IMG/VR virus record: IMGVR_UViG_3300036859_000864
Location: 47,462 to 111,461 of that record
Source of the DNA: a virus
Reading direction: 5' to 3' (one strand)
DNA length: 64,000 bases
The position numbers and the translations under genes were made by a program. The notes beneath the pieces were generated by a model. That model was given only the letters and a program-made list of their open reading frames with translations. It did no database searches and was not told the DNA's origin. Positions 9,639-18,706 of the stretch are shown here, one piece after another; position 1 is the first letter of the stretch, and every line of letters begins with the position of its first letter.

Positions 9639-10204
9639 GCGGCCTCCAAGGCTTCGCTGTCGGTCGCCCGTAGAAGAACGACGGCGAGGAAGCCGATGAC
9701 GAACCCGCCGATGTGGCAGCCGAAAGAGACGTTCCCGGAACCCCCCGTGAAGGCGTTCCAGATGTTGAGGCCGGCGAACGCGGCCACGAACCCGAGGAGG
9801 CGGGGGTAGAGCGCCCCGGCCACGGCGAGGACCCCAAAGATGGCCCCCGAGGCGCCCACGAGGGGGTCGGTTGAACCGGGGGCCACGAGGACGTGCGCGA
9901 GGCCCCCAAAGACGCCGGCAGCCAGGTAGAGGGCCAAGAAGCGGAGGTGTCCGAGGCGGCCTTCCACGAGGGTCCCGAAAATGGCCAAAAAAGCCATGTT
10001 TCCAACGATGTGGGTGAGGGCCCCCGGGTCGTGGAGAAAGAGGCTCGAGATGAGGGGGCTGAGGGCGCCCGTCGACATAAAAGACCTGGGGACCAGGCCG
10101 TACACCTCGCAGGCCGGCAGGCCGCCGGCACCGAGCTCGAGGGAGTAGGCCGCGACGTTGGCGAGGATGAGGGCGACAGTGAAGAGGGGCATCCGGGGGC
10201 GCAT
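9635..10204 (-). CDS. rhomboid family intramembrane serine protease
   Basis: FLH....HIVGNM.FL.IFG..VE; VGASGA (catalytic Ser); HIGGF (catalytic His); multiple TM helices. Confidence 0.92.
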   Translation of the reverse strand: MRPRMPLFTVALILANVAAYSLELGAGGLPACEVYGLVPRSFMSTGALSPLISSLFLHDPGALTHIVGNMAFLAIFGTLVEGRLGHLRFLALYLAAGVFGGLAHVLVAPGSTDPLVGASGAIFGVLAVAGALYPRLLGFVAAFAGLNIWNAFTGGSGNVSFGCHIGGFVIGFLAVVLLRATDSEALEAA

Positions 10205-10218
10205 GCGAGGTCTTACGC

Positions 10219-10247
10219 AGAATACCCCCTCCGCATCCCCCGGTCAA
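10219..10247 (-). promoter_or_regulatory. sigma70-type promoter of leftward operon
   Basis: TTGACC-N17-TATTCT on minus strand, ending 14 nt before rhomboid ATG. Confidence 0.7.
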
Positions 10248-10305
10248 ACAACAGAAACCGACGTCAACCAATCTTCCAGTTTGGGCGTAATTCGTATTTC
10301 GGTGG

Positions 10306-10334
10306 TTGACGAGGGGATACGAGGAGGGCATCTT
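10306..10334 (+). promoter_or_regulatory. sigma70-type promoter of rightward operon
   Basis: TTGACG-N17-CATCTT, ending 14 nt before ATG 10349; mirror copy of leftward promoter. Confidence 0.6.
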
Positions 10335-10348
10335 GCGTAGGACCCGAT

Positions 10349-10597
10349 ATGGCAACGCACTCGATGAACGAATACCGCCGGGCGGCCTTTCAGTTGATGG
10401 CTCGGCAGAATCGCCGTTTCGGCGGTGCGGGGCGCCCTACGATGAAGACCTACTTCGAGGGCGACGTGATGGGTCGGGAGATGGCTATCACGCTGGCCCG
10501 TCTGGGCTGGCTGACGCGGCTGGCCGGGCGAAACGGTAGGCCGTCTCAGGTGACTCTAACCGATGCGGGGCTGTGGGTTCTTGGGGGCGCGTCGTGA
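10349..10597 (+). CDS. small winged-helix-like protein
   Basis: LARLGWL...VTLTDAG wing motif. Confidence 0.5.
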   Translation: MATHSMNEYRRAAFQLMARQNRRFGGAGRPTMKTYFEGDVMGREMAITLARLGWLTRLAGRNGRPSQVTLTDAGLWVLGGAS

Positions 10598-10782
10598 GCA
10601 CCGTCGAAGACAAGCAGGCCGAGATTCCGGACCTCTTGGCGCAAGCCAAGGCGCTCGTCGCGGCCCTGGAATGCGCCGAATCGTGCGAATCCGAATCGGA
10701 CTTTCAGGACAACGTCAGCGAGGCGCTCTCGCTCGCTCGCAGCATGAGCGTGGATTTGATTCTGCTCGCAAAAGACGCTTGA
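10594..10782 (+). CDS. small helical hypothetical protein
   Basis: GTGA coupling. Confidence 0.4.
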   Translation: MSTVEDKQAEIPDLLAQAKALVAALECAESCESESDFQDNVSEALSLARSMSVDLILLAKDA

Positions 10783-10783
10783 A

Positions 10784-11050
10784 ATGATCGAATTGGAGCT
10801 TCGGCGGCAAATCGAAAAAGTGGCAGTCGCCTACGAACGCTCGATCGAGACGGTCGAGGTGGCGTACTCGGGCGGACCGACTCAGGACGGCGGTTGGGGT
10901 TGGTCCGTTCGAGTCGCGGCTGTAACGAAGAAGCACGGGGCCGGTAGAAGGGTGCTGGCCTCGGCTAGTTTTGCTTGGCACGAGACGCTGGTGGGCGCCG
11001 TCGAAGAATCGATCCGCAAGGCCCCATTCTACAAGCAGGAGAAACCGTGA
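10784..11050 (+). CDS. hypothetical protein
   Basis: Packed ORF. Confidence 0.45.
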   Translation: MIELELRRQIEKVAVAYERSIETVEVAYSGGPTQDGGWGWSVRVAAVTKKHGAGRRVLASASFAWHETLVGAVEESIRKAPFYKQEKP

Positions 11051-11288
11051 ATCGCGTTCGGATCATCGTTCGTGCGTGCCTGTGCGGCCGAAAGGCGGCC
11101 GGGATAGACGAGTGCTACGGCAGCACCCGGGCGCGCGATAGCGGCTTAGGGTGCCCATGGAGGGCATCGTTGATGCACCCGCTCGACGAGCCCGATGGGC
11201 TCCAAAAGCTCGCCCAGTCAGATCTTCCGGTTCGCGATTTCGCCGATCAGTAGGGGATGTTGTTGAGGCGCTTCGCGTAGGACAAGAC

Positions 11289-11573
11289 ATGGCCCAAACT
11301 GAACTCGAAGACCTGTCGCCTTCCCAGAAAGAGTACCTGCACCTCGCCTACGTGCTCCAGAAGGCGAATGGGTGCGTAGACGCTCGCGGACGCGAGAGCT
11401 CTTCCTTCAAGTCCGGGATGAGACGCCTTGTCAAATTCGCGCTCGCTACCGAGCGATTCTCAGGCGTGTTCGATTTGACGGTGCTCGGGTCTAGGATCGG
11501 AGCCGACATCGAGGCCCAACGCGCCGAAGCCAAACGTAAGCGCATCGAAGCACGTGCGAAAGAATCGATTTGA
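11289..11573 (+). CDS. winged-helix-like protein
   Basis: LSPSQKEYL...MRRLVKFALA...FDLTVLG. Confidence 0.5.
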   Translation: MAQTELEDLSPSQKEYLHLAYVLQKANGCVDARGRESSSFKSGMRRLVKFALATERFSGVFDLTVLGSRIGADIEAQRAEAKRKRIEARAKESI

Positions 11574-11926
11574 TGGCGCATTTTCCCTCTCAGATCGACG
11601 TCGACTTCTACCTCTCAAAGCAGAAGTTGCCGGCATGGGCTCAGAAGGTTCAGGCGGCCCGAGAGGCCAAGTTGCAACGAGCCTCGTGGAGCGTCGATGC
11701 CGCAGAGGGGATCGAATTCATCGTGAATGCCCACGCGGGCGTTCGAGGCTCCGACGGCGAGCGCGCGGCGCACAACCTCTTGGCCATTGTTCGGGGCTAC
11801 CGTCGAAGGAAGGTCGATCTGGGGGCCGAGTTGCGCCAGTTGTCGACCAACCCCGGATGCGCCATCAACCCGGAAAAGCGGGCCGCGTTCGCGAGGAAGT
11901 GGGCCAGGCGACTCGGGGCGATCTGA
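11570..11926 (+). CDS. hypothetical protein
   Basis: Coupled ORF. Confidence 0.45.
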   Translation: MMAHFPSQIDVDFYLSKQKLPAWAQKVQAAREAKLQRASWSVDAAEGIEFIVNAHAGVRGSDGERAAHNLLAIVRGYRRRKVDLGAELRQLSTNPGCAINPEKRAAFARKWARRLGAI

Positions 11927-12156
11927 GGGAAGGTATTGAATACCAGTGGGGTACAACTAGGCATGGCTCACCAAATCATCGGAAACGCGACCTCCGAAAC
12001 TGTCACCCGCAGCGATATCGTCGAGCTCCGAACCGTGGCCAGAATGGCCGACGATGATGATATGGATGACATCTGTGGGAGGGCGCTCGAGGGCGACGAG
12101 GACTCGATCCGTCACTGCGAGCGCGCTATCGCTCACCTCGTTGTAGTAGGTCTGCC

Positions 12157-12507
12157 GTGATGGCATCCAAGGCCCCCGTCGTCTCTCGCCCGACTCTCAT
12201 CGGGGTCGCCCCACCTCGAGCGGGTAGCGCCCCCGAGCCTACCCGGAGCCTGACCCCTACGGGGCGCTACCGGATGAAGCCGGCGACCGTCGAGACGACC
12301 AAGCCGTTGCCTCACCTGCACGGCTTTCGGTACTCGGAACTCGAGTTCGAGCAGCAGGTGTTCCTTCGGAGATTAAAGTCGTGGGGTCTCGCCCGCGTGG
12401 TCGACAGGATCGTGCAGATCCGCAAGTCGGCCGACGTCGGCTACGAGATCCCGTACGCAGAGGCCGTAGCGACCGCGAAGATCTTCGGGTTCGAGGTGCG
12501 GTCGTGA
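12157..12507 (+). CDS. hypothetical protein
   Basis: Coupled ORF. Confidence 0.45.
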   Translation: MMASKAPVVSRPTLIGVAPPRAGSAPEPTRSLTPTGRYRMKPATVETTKPLPHLHGFRYSELEFEQQVFLRRLKSWGLARVVDRIVQIRKSADVGYEIPYAEAVATAKIFGFEVRS

Positions 12508-12803
12508 GTATCGAGAAGACCTACCTCTCACGTAAAGGCCGTGAGCTTTTGCAGAATCGAAGGATTGTTGCGGGTCAGCGAATCTGGTCGGGCGACACCA
12601 TCGACGGTTTCCTGGTCGTTTTCTGCGATCAAGTTGATGACGGGTTCTACGCCACGCTCTTTGCCTCTCGCGAGAATGGTAGGATCGTTGCTCGTTCGCT
12701 TGGAGGCACGTGGCTCGGAGCGACTTACGACTTGGAGCCCTCGTTGATCGCGGTTTGGCTGGATGCGATAGCGAACACGGCCTTGGGGCAGGTGCGGGCG
12801 TGA
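12504..12803 (+). CDS. hypothetical protein
   Basis: GAGG RBS, GTGA coupling. Confidence 0.45.
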   Translation: MSIEKTYLSRKGRELLQNRRIVAGQRIWSGDTIDGFLVVFCDQVDDGFYATLFASRENGRIVARSLGGTWLGATYDLEPSLIAVWLDAIANTALGQVRA

Positions 12804-13081
12804 GCCAGCTCGTCCCTGACTTCCAGTGGCGATCGATCGTCAAGGTGACCCTCCACGGTTACTCGGAGAGCTCTGGAATGAATGGGCGGCGCGCCGTGCG
12901 CTACATCGCTGTCATAGGTGACGACTCGGTCGATGCGGAAGTCCCGAAGCTCGGGCCTATTCTCCAAAGCGACGTCGGCGGATGCCTAGTGATCGATTTG
13001 CTCGAGGACGATCGTGTCGAAGTCTACATCGTCGGGACTCGAGGTTCGGATCGCTCATCGGCGCCGAAGGCGGCCGTATGA
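12800..13081 (+). CDS. hypothetical protein
   Basis: GTGA coupling. Confidence 0.4.
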   Translation: MSQLVPDFQWRSIVKVTLHGYSESSGMNGRRAVRYIAVIGDDSVDAEVPKLGPILQSDVGGCLVIDLLEDDRVEVYIVGTRGSDRSSAPKAAV

Positions 13082-13256
13082 GAGCCGCAGCCAAGATCGA
13101 TCGAAAGCTCCGCTCGACCGCCGACGAGGCCAGCAAGAGTTACGACCCCGACGCCCGCGCCATCGCGGCGGTGATGGTGAAGCACTACGGCGACGAATCG
13201 GAGGCTGTCCTCAAGCGCGCGGCGCTGTTCTTGGACGACGCACGAAAGGCTAAGCG

Positions 13257-13874
13257 ATGAAGAAACAGGAAGATGAGTTCTACGAGATGACCGAGCAGGA
13301 CGTCGGCAAGGCCGTTTACCAAATGATCGCAAAGAAGTGGCCCGATTTTGGAAGGGGCCCGGGGCCTATCAAAGCGTTCCCACCCGGAACCGCTATGACT
13401 CGCGATATCGGAAGGCGGATCTATCTTCGCAACGGGGAGCTGGACGTCGAAACCAACGGGGAGCGCGCTGAACGGCTCGCTTCGAGAGGGGAAACGATGA
13501 AAGACGAATTTCGAGAGATCACGCAAGACGACGTCGGCCTGGCGCTCTTCAAAGCTTTCAAGAAACATTGGGTGGTCGCCGACTTCATCGGCCGCATCAC
13601 GTCGTTGGACGTCGGAAAGCGCGTGTTCTTGCGCGAGGGGGTCTTGCGGGTCGAAAGCAACGCCCAGCGGGCAGCTCGACTCAAGGATCCCCAAGCGGCC
13701 GTCGAGATCACCAAACTCGAAGCTGTGGGCCTCGTTCTGACTACACTCCGAAATCGTCTCTCGCTCGTCAGTCGACCTCAGCGTGAGGAGGCCCTCGAGC
13801 TCTCGAAGAAATACGAAATCACCGCGGCAGATCTTGTCGAGTACGCCGTAGAGCAGGTGAAGAGGAATTCCTGA
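13257..13874 (+). CDS. protein with tandemly duplicated domain of unknown function
   Basis: DEFYEMTEQDVG...DIGRRIYLRNGELDVETNGERAERL repeated as DEFREITQDDVG...DVGKRVFLREGVLRVESNAQRAARL. Confidence 0.7.
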   Translation: MKKQEDEFYEMTEQDVGKAVYQMIAKKWPDFGRGPGPIKAFPPGTAMTRDIGRRIYLRNGELDVETNGERAERLASRGETMKDEFREITQDDVGLALFKAFKKHWVVADFIGRITSLDVGKRVFLREGVLRVESNAQRAARLKDPQAAVEITKLEAVGLVLTTLRNRLSLVSRPQREEALELSKKYEITAADLVEYAVEQVKRNS

Positions 13875-14148
13875 TGAACTGGCTCTACGCCCTCGTGGCT
13901 CCTATCTTGTTCGCGGCGATCGTCTACAGATTCGGTCGGAAGTCGCTCTGCGAACGTATCGAGGAGCACCTGGCTCAAATCCAATTCGAGCACGCGCGTT
14001 GGGTGGCCATCTGCCTCGAGTGGACTCGCGGCAGGTACGACAGAGAGGCCAAGATTGCGGCCGATCAAGTTGCCGTACTTCGGGGAGAGATCGACTTCTA
14101 CAGACGTATGCTCAAACGGATCCGAAGCACTAGCGCGAAGGCTCGAAC

Positions 14149-14436
14149 GTGAAAACCGCGAAACTCAACCCCTCTCAGGCTTGGCATCTTCAATGGGTCG
14201 CCGCCGCGTACCCTGGGCCGTTTCGAGAGATCTCGCGCTCGGCTGCGATGAACTCGCTGGCGCGCAAGGGGCTTGCGACGAAACGCCCTGCCGACGGTGT
14301 TCGTCGTCATCGTGGTCGGACGGATCGTCTCGCGGACTTCAAGCTCACGAGCGAGGGCCTGAAGGCTCTCGAGACAATCGACTCCGATTTGTTCAAGCGC
14401 GTGAGCGCATTGGTCTGCACTTTGAGCGGGGTCTGA
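14149..14436 (+). CDS. winged-helix-like protein
   Basis: LNPSQ...MNSLARKGLA...FKLTSEGLKAL. Confidence 0.55.
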   Translation: MKTAKLNPSQAWHLQWVAAAYPGPFREISRSAAMNSLARKGLATKRPADGVRRHRGRTDRLADFKLTSEGLKALETIDSDLFKRVSALVCTLSGV

Positions 14437-14440
14437 AAAA

Positions 14441-14830
14441 ATGTGGAACATGCAAATGTTTGGGCTCGCCGATTTCGCCATGCTGCACCAGCTCATCATG
14501 AACGAGAGGGTCTCGTTCAACCGAGCGTCCTTGCGTCACGCGCACGCGGATTTGATGCAGAAGGCCGGACTCGTTGAAATCGAGGCGTTGCCGCAGAACG
14601 AGTGTCGAGTTCAAATCACAAGTGCCGGTAGAGTTCTCGCGAGCAAGGCGCACAGGCTCCTTTCTATCTGGTCATCTCAGCTCGCGGGGCACGACGAGCA
14701 GAGCTCCGCTTCGTTGCGGAAGGCGATTTCCGATGCCAAGGGGGCGCTCTCGCGGGCCTCGGAAGAGGTCGATGAGTTGGAGGCGGCGATGGCCGTTGCT
14801 CTCTCAACGCCGGAGCCGGAAGCGCTCTAA
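14441..14830 (+). CDS. winged-helix-like protein with coiled C-terminus
   Basis: MQKAGLVE...VQITSAGRVLA. Confidence 0.45.
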   Translation: MWNMQMFGLADFAMLHQLIMNERVSFNRASLRHAHADLMQKAGLVEIEALPQNECRVQITSAGRVLASKAHRLLSIWSSQLAGHDEQSSASLRKAISDAKGALSRASEEVDELEAAMAVALSTPEPEAL

Positions 14831-15627
14831 TGCCCTCCCCTCTTCGACGTAGAGGTTCCACCGGCGAGGACCGACGCCGGCGTCGGTATCCCGACTATCA
14901 AGCCCCCGCACGCATGCCACGCCCACCGACAGCGAACTCGAACGAAGGTCCGTACATCGACCCTCGAGACACGACACCGCTCACGATTGAGGAATCGAAG
15001 GAATACGCGGCGCTAGCGATGGCCGGGAACGTATGCGCCAGGGACCGCATGGTTGCCTCGTGCGAGGGGATGTTGATCATTTGGGCCCGCAAGTACGCAC
15101 GTAGAGTGCCTCATCTGTTCGACGATCTACTCTCGGAATGCCGCCTAGCGGTCGCTCAGTCTGTACCTCTCTACAACGCGGAGCGCGGCATGAAGTTCTC
15201 GTCGTACGCGATGTTCCGCGTGAGGAACATGTGTTTCGAGCTGGTGCGGTCGCAGCGCTGGACGATAAATCTTCCGATCGTTCGGACCTACGAAAAAGCG
15301 AAACAGTACGGAGGGCGCCTTCGTACCAGATCGACGATTATCGCCGGCGAGGACGGCGAGGAGTTCGAGATGACGATCCCGTCGTGGGACCCGTCCCCGG
15401 ACTTCTTGGAGAACGAGTGTCTTCGAAATGCGTACTGGACGGTGCTCACAGATCGGGAGAGAGACATCATTGAGTCTCGTATGCGACGCGAGGAAACGTT
15501 CGAATCGATTGGGGCTCGGTACAATTTGAGCCGAACCAGAATCCAGCAGTTCGAGGCTGATGCGTTCGAGAAGCTTCGCGTGCACCTCATACGGCTCCCG
15601 GAGTTCAAGAAAAGAGCGCACCGATGA
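14830..15627 (+). CDS. RNA polymerase sigma-70 family sigma factor
   Basis: Region 2 (ARDRMV...ARKY...DDLLSE...YNAERGMKFSSYAMFRVR) and region 4 (LTDRERDII...TFESIGARYNLSRTRIQQFEADAFEKLR); start uncertain. Confidence 0.88.
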   Translation: MPSPLRRRGSTGEDRRRRRYPDYQAPARMPRPPTANSNEGPYIDPRDTTPLTIEESKEYAALAMAGNVCARDRMVASCEGMLIIWARKYARRVPHLFDDLLSECRLAVAQSVPLYNAERGMKFSSYAMFRVRNMCFELVRSQRWTINLPIVRTYEKAKQYGGRLRTRSTIIAGEDGEEFEMTIPSWDPSPDFLENECLRNAYWTVLTDRERDIIESRMRREETFESIGARYNLSRTRIQQFEADAFEKLRVHLIRLPEFKKRAHR

Positions 15628-15905
15628 ACTCCGACGTGAAGCTGATCAAGCACACCGCCGAGTGCGATCATCCAGACGACCCTTCGTTCCCTTTCAAGCT
15701 CCACCTGGTGATGCGTCCGCCGGAGTTCATGATCGTGACCTTCGTGATACTCTACGGCGGTACCGAAGAGGTGATCGCCCGCGGACGCTCGCTCGAGGCG
15801 CTTTCCGAATGGGCGGACGAGAACGGCCTCAAGGAGCACTCTCGCTTTTTACGATACACCATCACAAATGAGAACGACGCCGTCGTCGAGGAGAAGAAGA
15901 GATGA
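15624..15905 (+). CDS. hypothetical protein
   Basis: ATGA coupling, GC3-rich codons. Confidence 0.55.
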   Translation: MNSDVKLIKHTAECDHPDDPSFPFKLHLVMRPPEFMIVTFVILYGGTEEVIARGRSLEALSEWADENGLKEHSRFLRYTITNENDAVVEEKKR

Positions 15906-16321
15906 GCACAGCAACCGCAACGAAGAAGCCGGAACCTGAGAAGCACACGTTCACACTCACCGTCGAAGTCAGCCCCGGTTGGGTCGAGTATCTGACGGAG
16001 TACGGCGACATTTTCGCATCAGATCGAGCCGGCTACTGGCTCCGCGGCGTCGAGCATGAGCCCAAGCTCGGCTGGCTTTGCTGGGAGGACGACGACAAGT
16101 GCCGTCCCGGCAAGGAACCCAATCGCCAGGTCGCCCTGACGGCGTGGCGCGCCGGCGAAGCGCTCCCCGAGCACTGGTTCCGTCTCGACCGATCCGCCGC
16201 GCTGCGCGCTTGGGAGGGAGGAGTCAAGCGCTGGGGCGTAGACTGGTACGAGGAAGTCGATGCGATTCGCGAAGACGCCGTCGTGCAGCTCGCGCTCCTC
16301 GGAGAAACTCGATACGGCTGA
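15902..16321 (+). CDS. conserved phage-type hypothetical protein
   Basis: GYW...; ends DAI..DAVVQLALLGE.RYG, a common phage C-terminal pattern. Confidence 0.6.
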   Translation: MSTATATKKPEPEKHTFTLTVEVSPGWVEYLTEYGDIFASDRAGYWLRGVEHEPKLGWLCWEDDDKCRPGKEPNRQVALTAWRAGEALPEHWFRLDRSAALRAWEGGVKRWGVDWYEEVDAIREDAVVQLALLGETRYG

Positions 16322-16327
16322 AAGAAA

Positions 16328-16607
16328 GGCACTCGAGTCGAGAGAGGGGTAAGAGCCCAAGCGGGTCGCGCCTAGTCGGTACCCGAAGCGCGTCACGTGC
16401 GGTCAAAGAATGCTAACGGCTAGCCGCGCTCTTACCTCTCCCTTGACTCGAGTGTCTCGCCCGAGCTACCAACCCGCCGCCACTCGACGAGGCGCGGCAG
16501 CGCTTTCAACGAGACGGGGGCACCGCGCCATGTGGGAGGTACGGTGCCCTTCCCGGCCCTCCTAGACGGGTATGTAGTAGGCCCCCTCTGAGAGATCCCA
16601 GTAGCTC
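16328..16607 (+). ncRNA. putative structured non-coding RNA
   Basis: 29-bp stem 16328-16356/16428-16456 with 3 G.U pairs and 1 mismatch; second domain closed by 16463-16469/16601-16607 with internal hairpins. Confidence 0.55.
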
Positions 16608-16725
16608 CCTTCAGGCCAACTCGCAGGGCCGATTTGAGAATCGAACGCGACGTGAGCAGTGACGTAGTCGAGCCAGCCTCCGCCGACCGCCCCGGCCATG
16701 ATCGATTGCCACTGCTTGACGGCGC

Positions 16726-17517
16726 TCATTTCTTCTCTTCGACGAAAACCGACACGCCGATCTTGCCCTCGGCGTGCTTCTCGACGAGGGACACGAACAC
16801 GCGGCCGTCCGAACCGTGCTCCGTGCGCTTGAACCCGGGGACGATCTCCGGGTACTTACCAATCTCGGAGGCGATGCCTTGAGCCGACGATACGATGTTC
16901 GGAGGGATCTCCTTGGGGCCTGCCCGTCGGTATCCTGGGAGCTCCTTCTTCGAGTGATCGGGGCGGTTGGCCATCATCTTCACCCACAGGTCTGCGCGCT
17001 GCCAGTCGCGGTCTGAGGGCACGCACTTGCCACCGCTCGCGTAGCTCGCGAACGTCTTCGCGACGCGCGTACGGTCGGCGTGGACGCCGATGAACACCCC
17101 GCACTGCCGCGCCTGCGCCACGACGACGCGGAGGCCGTACTGCGCGCACAGGCGCATGGGGTCGGAGCCGGGACCCGCCAGGTGCTCCCACACGTCCTGC
17201 GGAACGAGTCCGGACACGTGGAGTTGCATGCCGCACCGCGCGAGGCCGTGGTCCTGGTTCCAGATCGGGTGCTGCTCGCCGACTTGAATACGCTTGTCGA
17301 GAAGCGTTTCGCTGTACCAGATAATGGCACCGGCGGCGGCAAGTTCGGTGGACGTCCAGCCAGTCCCGTTGGCGTACGGAGTGGCTTCTTCGGCCAAGTC
17401 CGTAGCGACCTCCCCGGCACGGGTGATGTACTCCTCACGTGTTTCGCCTGGCGCGTGGGACCCCGGCAGCTTCATCAATTCGGCGGCAAGCCACGCCGCA
17501 ACTACTGCTGTTTTCAC
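16726..17517 (-). CDS. putative lysozyme-like/lytic transglycosylase with small C-terminal domain
   Basis: GGAGG RBS + GTG 17517; helix-ET...DHGLARCGMQLH resembles the SLT catalytic E(S/T)...G.MQ motif. Confidence 0.5.
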   Translation of the reverse strand: MKTAVVAAWLAAELMKLPGSHAPGETREEYITRAGEVATDLAEEATPYANGTGWTSTELAAAGAIIWYSETLLDKRIQVGEQHPIWNQDHGLARCGMQLHVSGLVPQDVWEHLAGPGSDPMRLCAQYGLRVVVAQARQCGVFIGVHADRTRVAKTFASYASGGKCVPSDRDWQRADLWVKMMANRPDHSKKELPGYRRAGPKEIPPNIVSSAQGIASEIGKYPEIVPGFKRTEHGSDGRVFVSLVEKHAEGKIGVSVFVEEKK

Positions 17518-17571
17518 GAGAATCCTCCGCGCTCGCGCCCGAAGGCGTGGTGTATGTTCGACATGACACAC

Positions 17572-17600
17572 ACCCTAGCCAGCGACGCGGGGAGCGTCAA
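17572..17600 (-). promoter_or_regulatory. sigma70-type promoter
   Basis: TTGACG-N17-TAGGGT on minus strand upstream of 17517. Confidence 0.55.
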
Positions 17601-17642
17601 CGGGCTAAGATACCGCACCAGCCCACTAGGCGGGGGATCATC

Positions 17643-18011
17643 ATGCCCGACGTACTGCACAGTGAGACCTGCGTTTGCGGCGGCAACAACTGGCACATGA
17701 TGGTGGACCGCGTGATCTGGTGTCGCAGATGCGGGTGTCTGCGCCTCGTCTTCGAGAAGCTCTGGAAGGTGCCTCTGGATCAAGCAGGCGCGTTGCCGGC
17801 GGCAGCCTACGTCGTCAACGAGCGTGAAGATCCGCCGACGCTGCCAGGAACGCCTCACGCTTTGAAGACCTCGAGCCGCACTGACGTGGTGGCAGTACAG
17901 TCGCGCGAGTTCACGGCTCCCGGCGGGTTCAAGCCCCCGTCCGTGCCGCTCGTTCGAATGACTCCTACGCCTACGATCCCGCTTCCGGGGAAGAAGAACG
18001 ATCCGCGTTAG
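17643..18011 (+). CDS. Zn-ribbon protein with Pro-rich tail
   Basis: CVCGG...CRRCG; GGGGGA RBS. Confidence 0.5.
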   Translation: MPDVLHSETCVCGGNNWHMMVDRVIWCRRCGCLRLVFEKLWKVPLDQAGALPAAAYVVNEREDPPTLPGTPHALKTSSRTDVVAVQSREFTAPGGFKPPSVPLVRMTPTPTIPLPGKKNDPR

Positions 18012-18706
18012 ACGGCTGGAACGGAGAGCGAGCTCATCGTCTCGAGGAACCGTTGCCCCTCACGAATCACGTGCTCGGCGAGCACCGGATGAATGACGGA
18101 CTTCCCACTCGAGGCCGATACCGGCTGCGTGCGAAAATACGTGTCGAGGCGTGTGCCGGCCTTGAGACCGAGATTGATGTAGTCCTGCGTGAGCGCGTGG
18201 CATCCGCCTTTCAGATTGTAGAATTCGCTGACGATCCCTTGGGCGTCGGCGACGAGAGAGGTCGCAGAAGGATCGAGGAGATGCGCGGCGAACTCGGCGT
18301 GCTCACGCATGAACGTGATGTTCTGACAGTACGTGAGCTCGGCCGGAAGGCCGCCCTCCCAAACACGCGCGACGAAGTAGATGAGCTCACGCAGCGTGTG
18401 ATCGATGAACAACGGGAAGAGCCATCCCATCCACTTGCCGGATTTTTGGAGATCGAGCACTTCTTGCGTGAAGGAGGCCAGGTTCTTCGTAGGCTCCGAA
18501 ACGATCGCCTTCGCCGCGTCGAGACCTTGCGACTTCGTGAGCCACGCCCGTGCGTGCTCCCAGTTCTCGTGGAGCGCAGCGGCTCGAGTCTTGTACGGTT
18601 CGACCTCCAATCCGAGGTTCAAGAACAGCGCGTGCTCGGAGAGCTGGCGCGACCAAAATATGATGTCTCCTAGCGGATCCAATGACGGCATGGGTCTCCT
18701 ACTCAA
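18008..18706 (-). CDS. DUF2935-like four-helix (ferritin-like) protein
   Basis: Two repeats: FWSRQLSEHALFL...DHTLRE and FMREHAEF..HLLDP...LAEHVIRE. Confidence 0.75.
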   Translation of the reverse strand: MSRRPMPSLDPLGDIIFWSRQLSEHALFLNLGLEVEPYKTRAAALHENWEHARAWLTKSQGLDAAKAIVSEPTKNLASFTQEVLDLQKSGKWMGWLFPLFIDHTLRELIYFVARVWEGGLPAELTYCQNITFMREHAEFAAHLLDPSATSLVADAQGIVSEFYNLKGGCHALTQDYINLGLKAGTRLDTYFRTQPVSASSGKSVIHPVLAEHVIREGQRFLETMSSLSVPAV

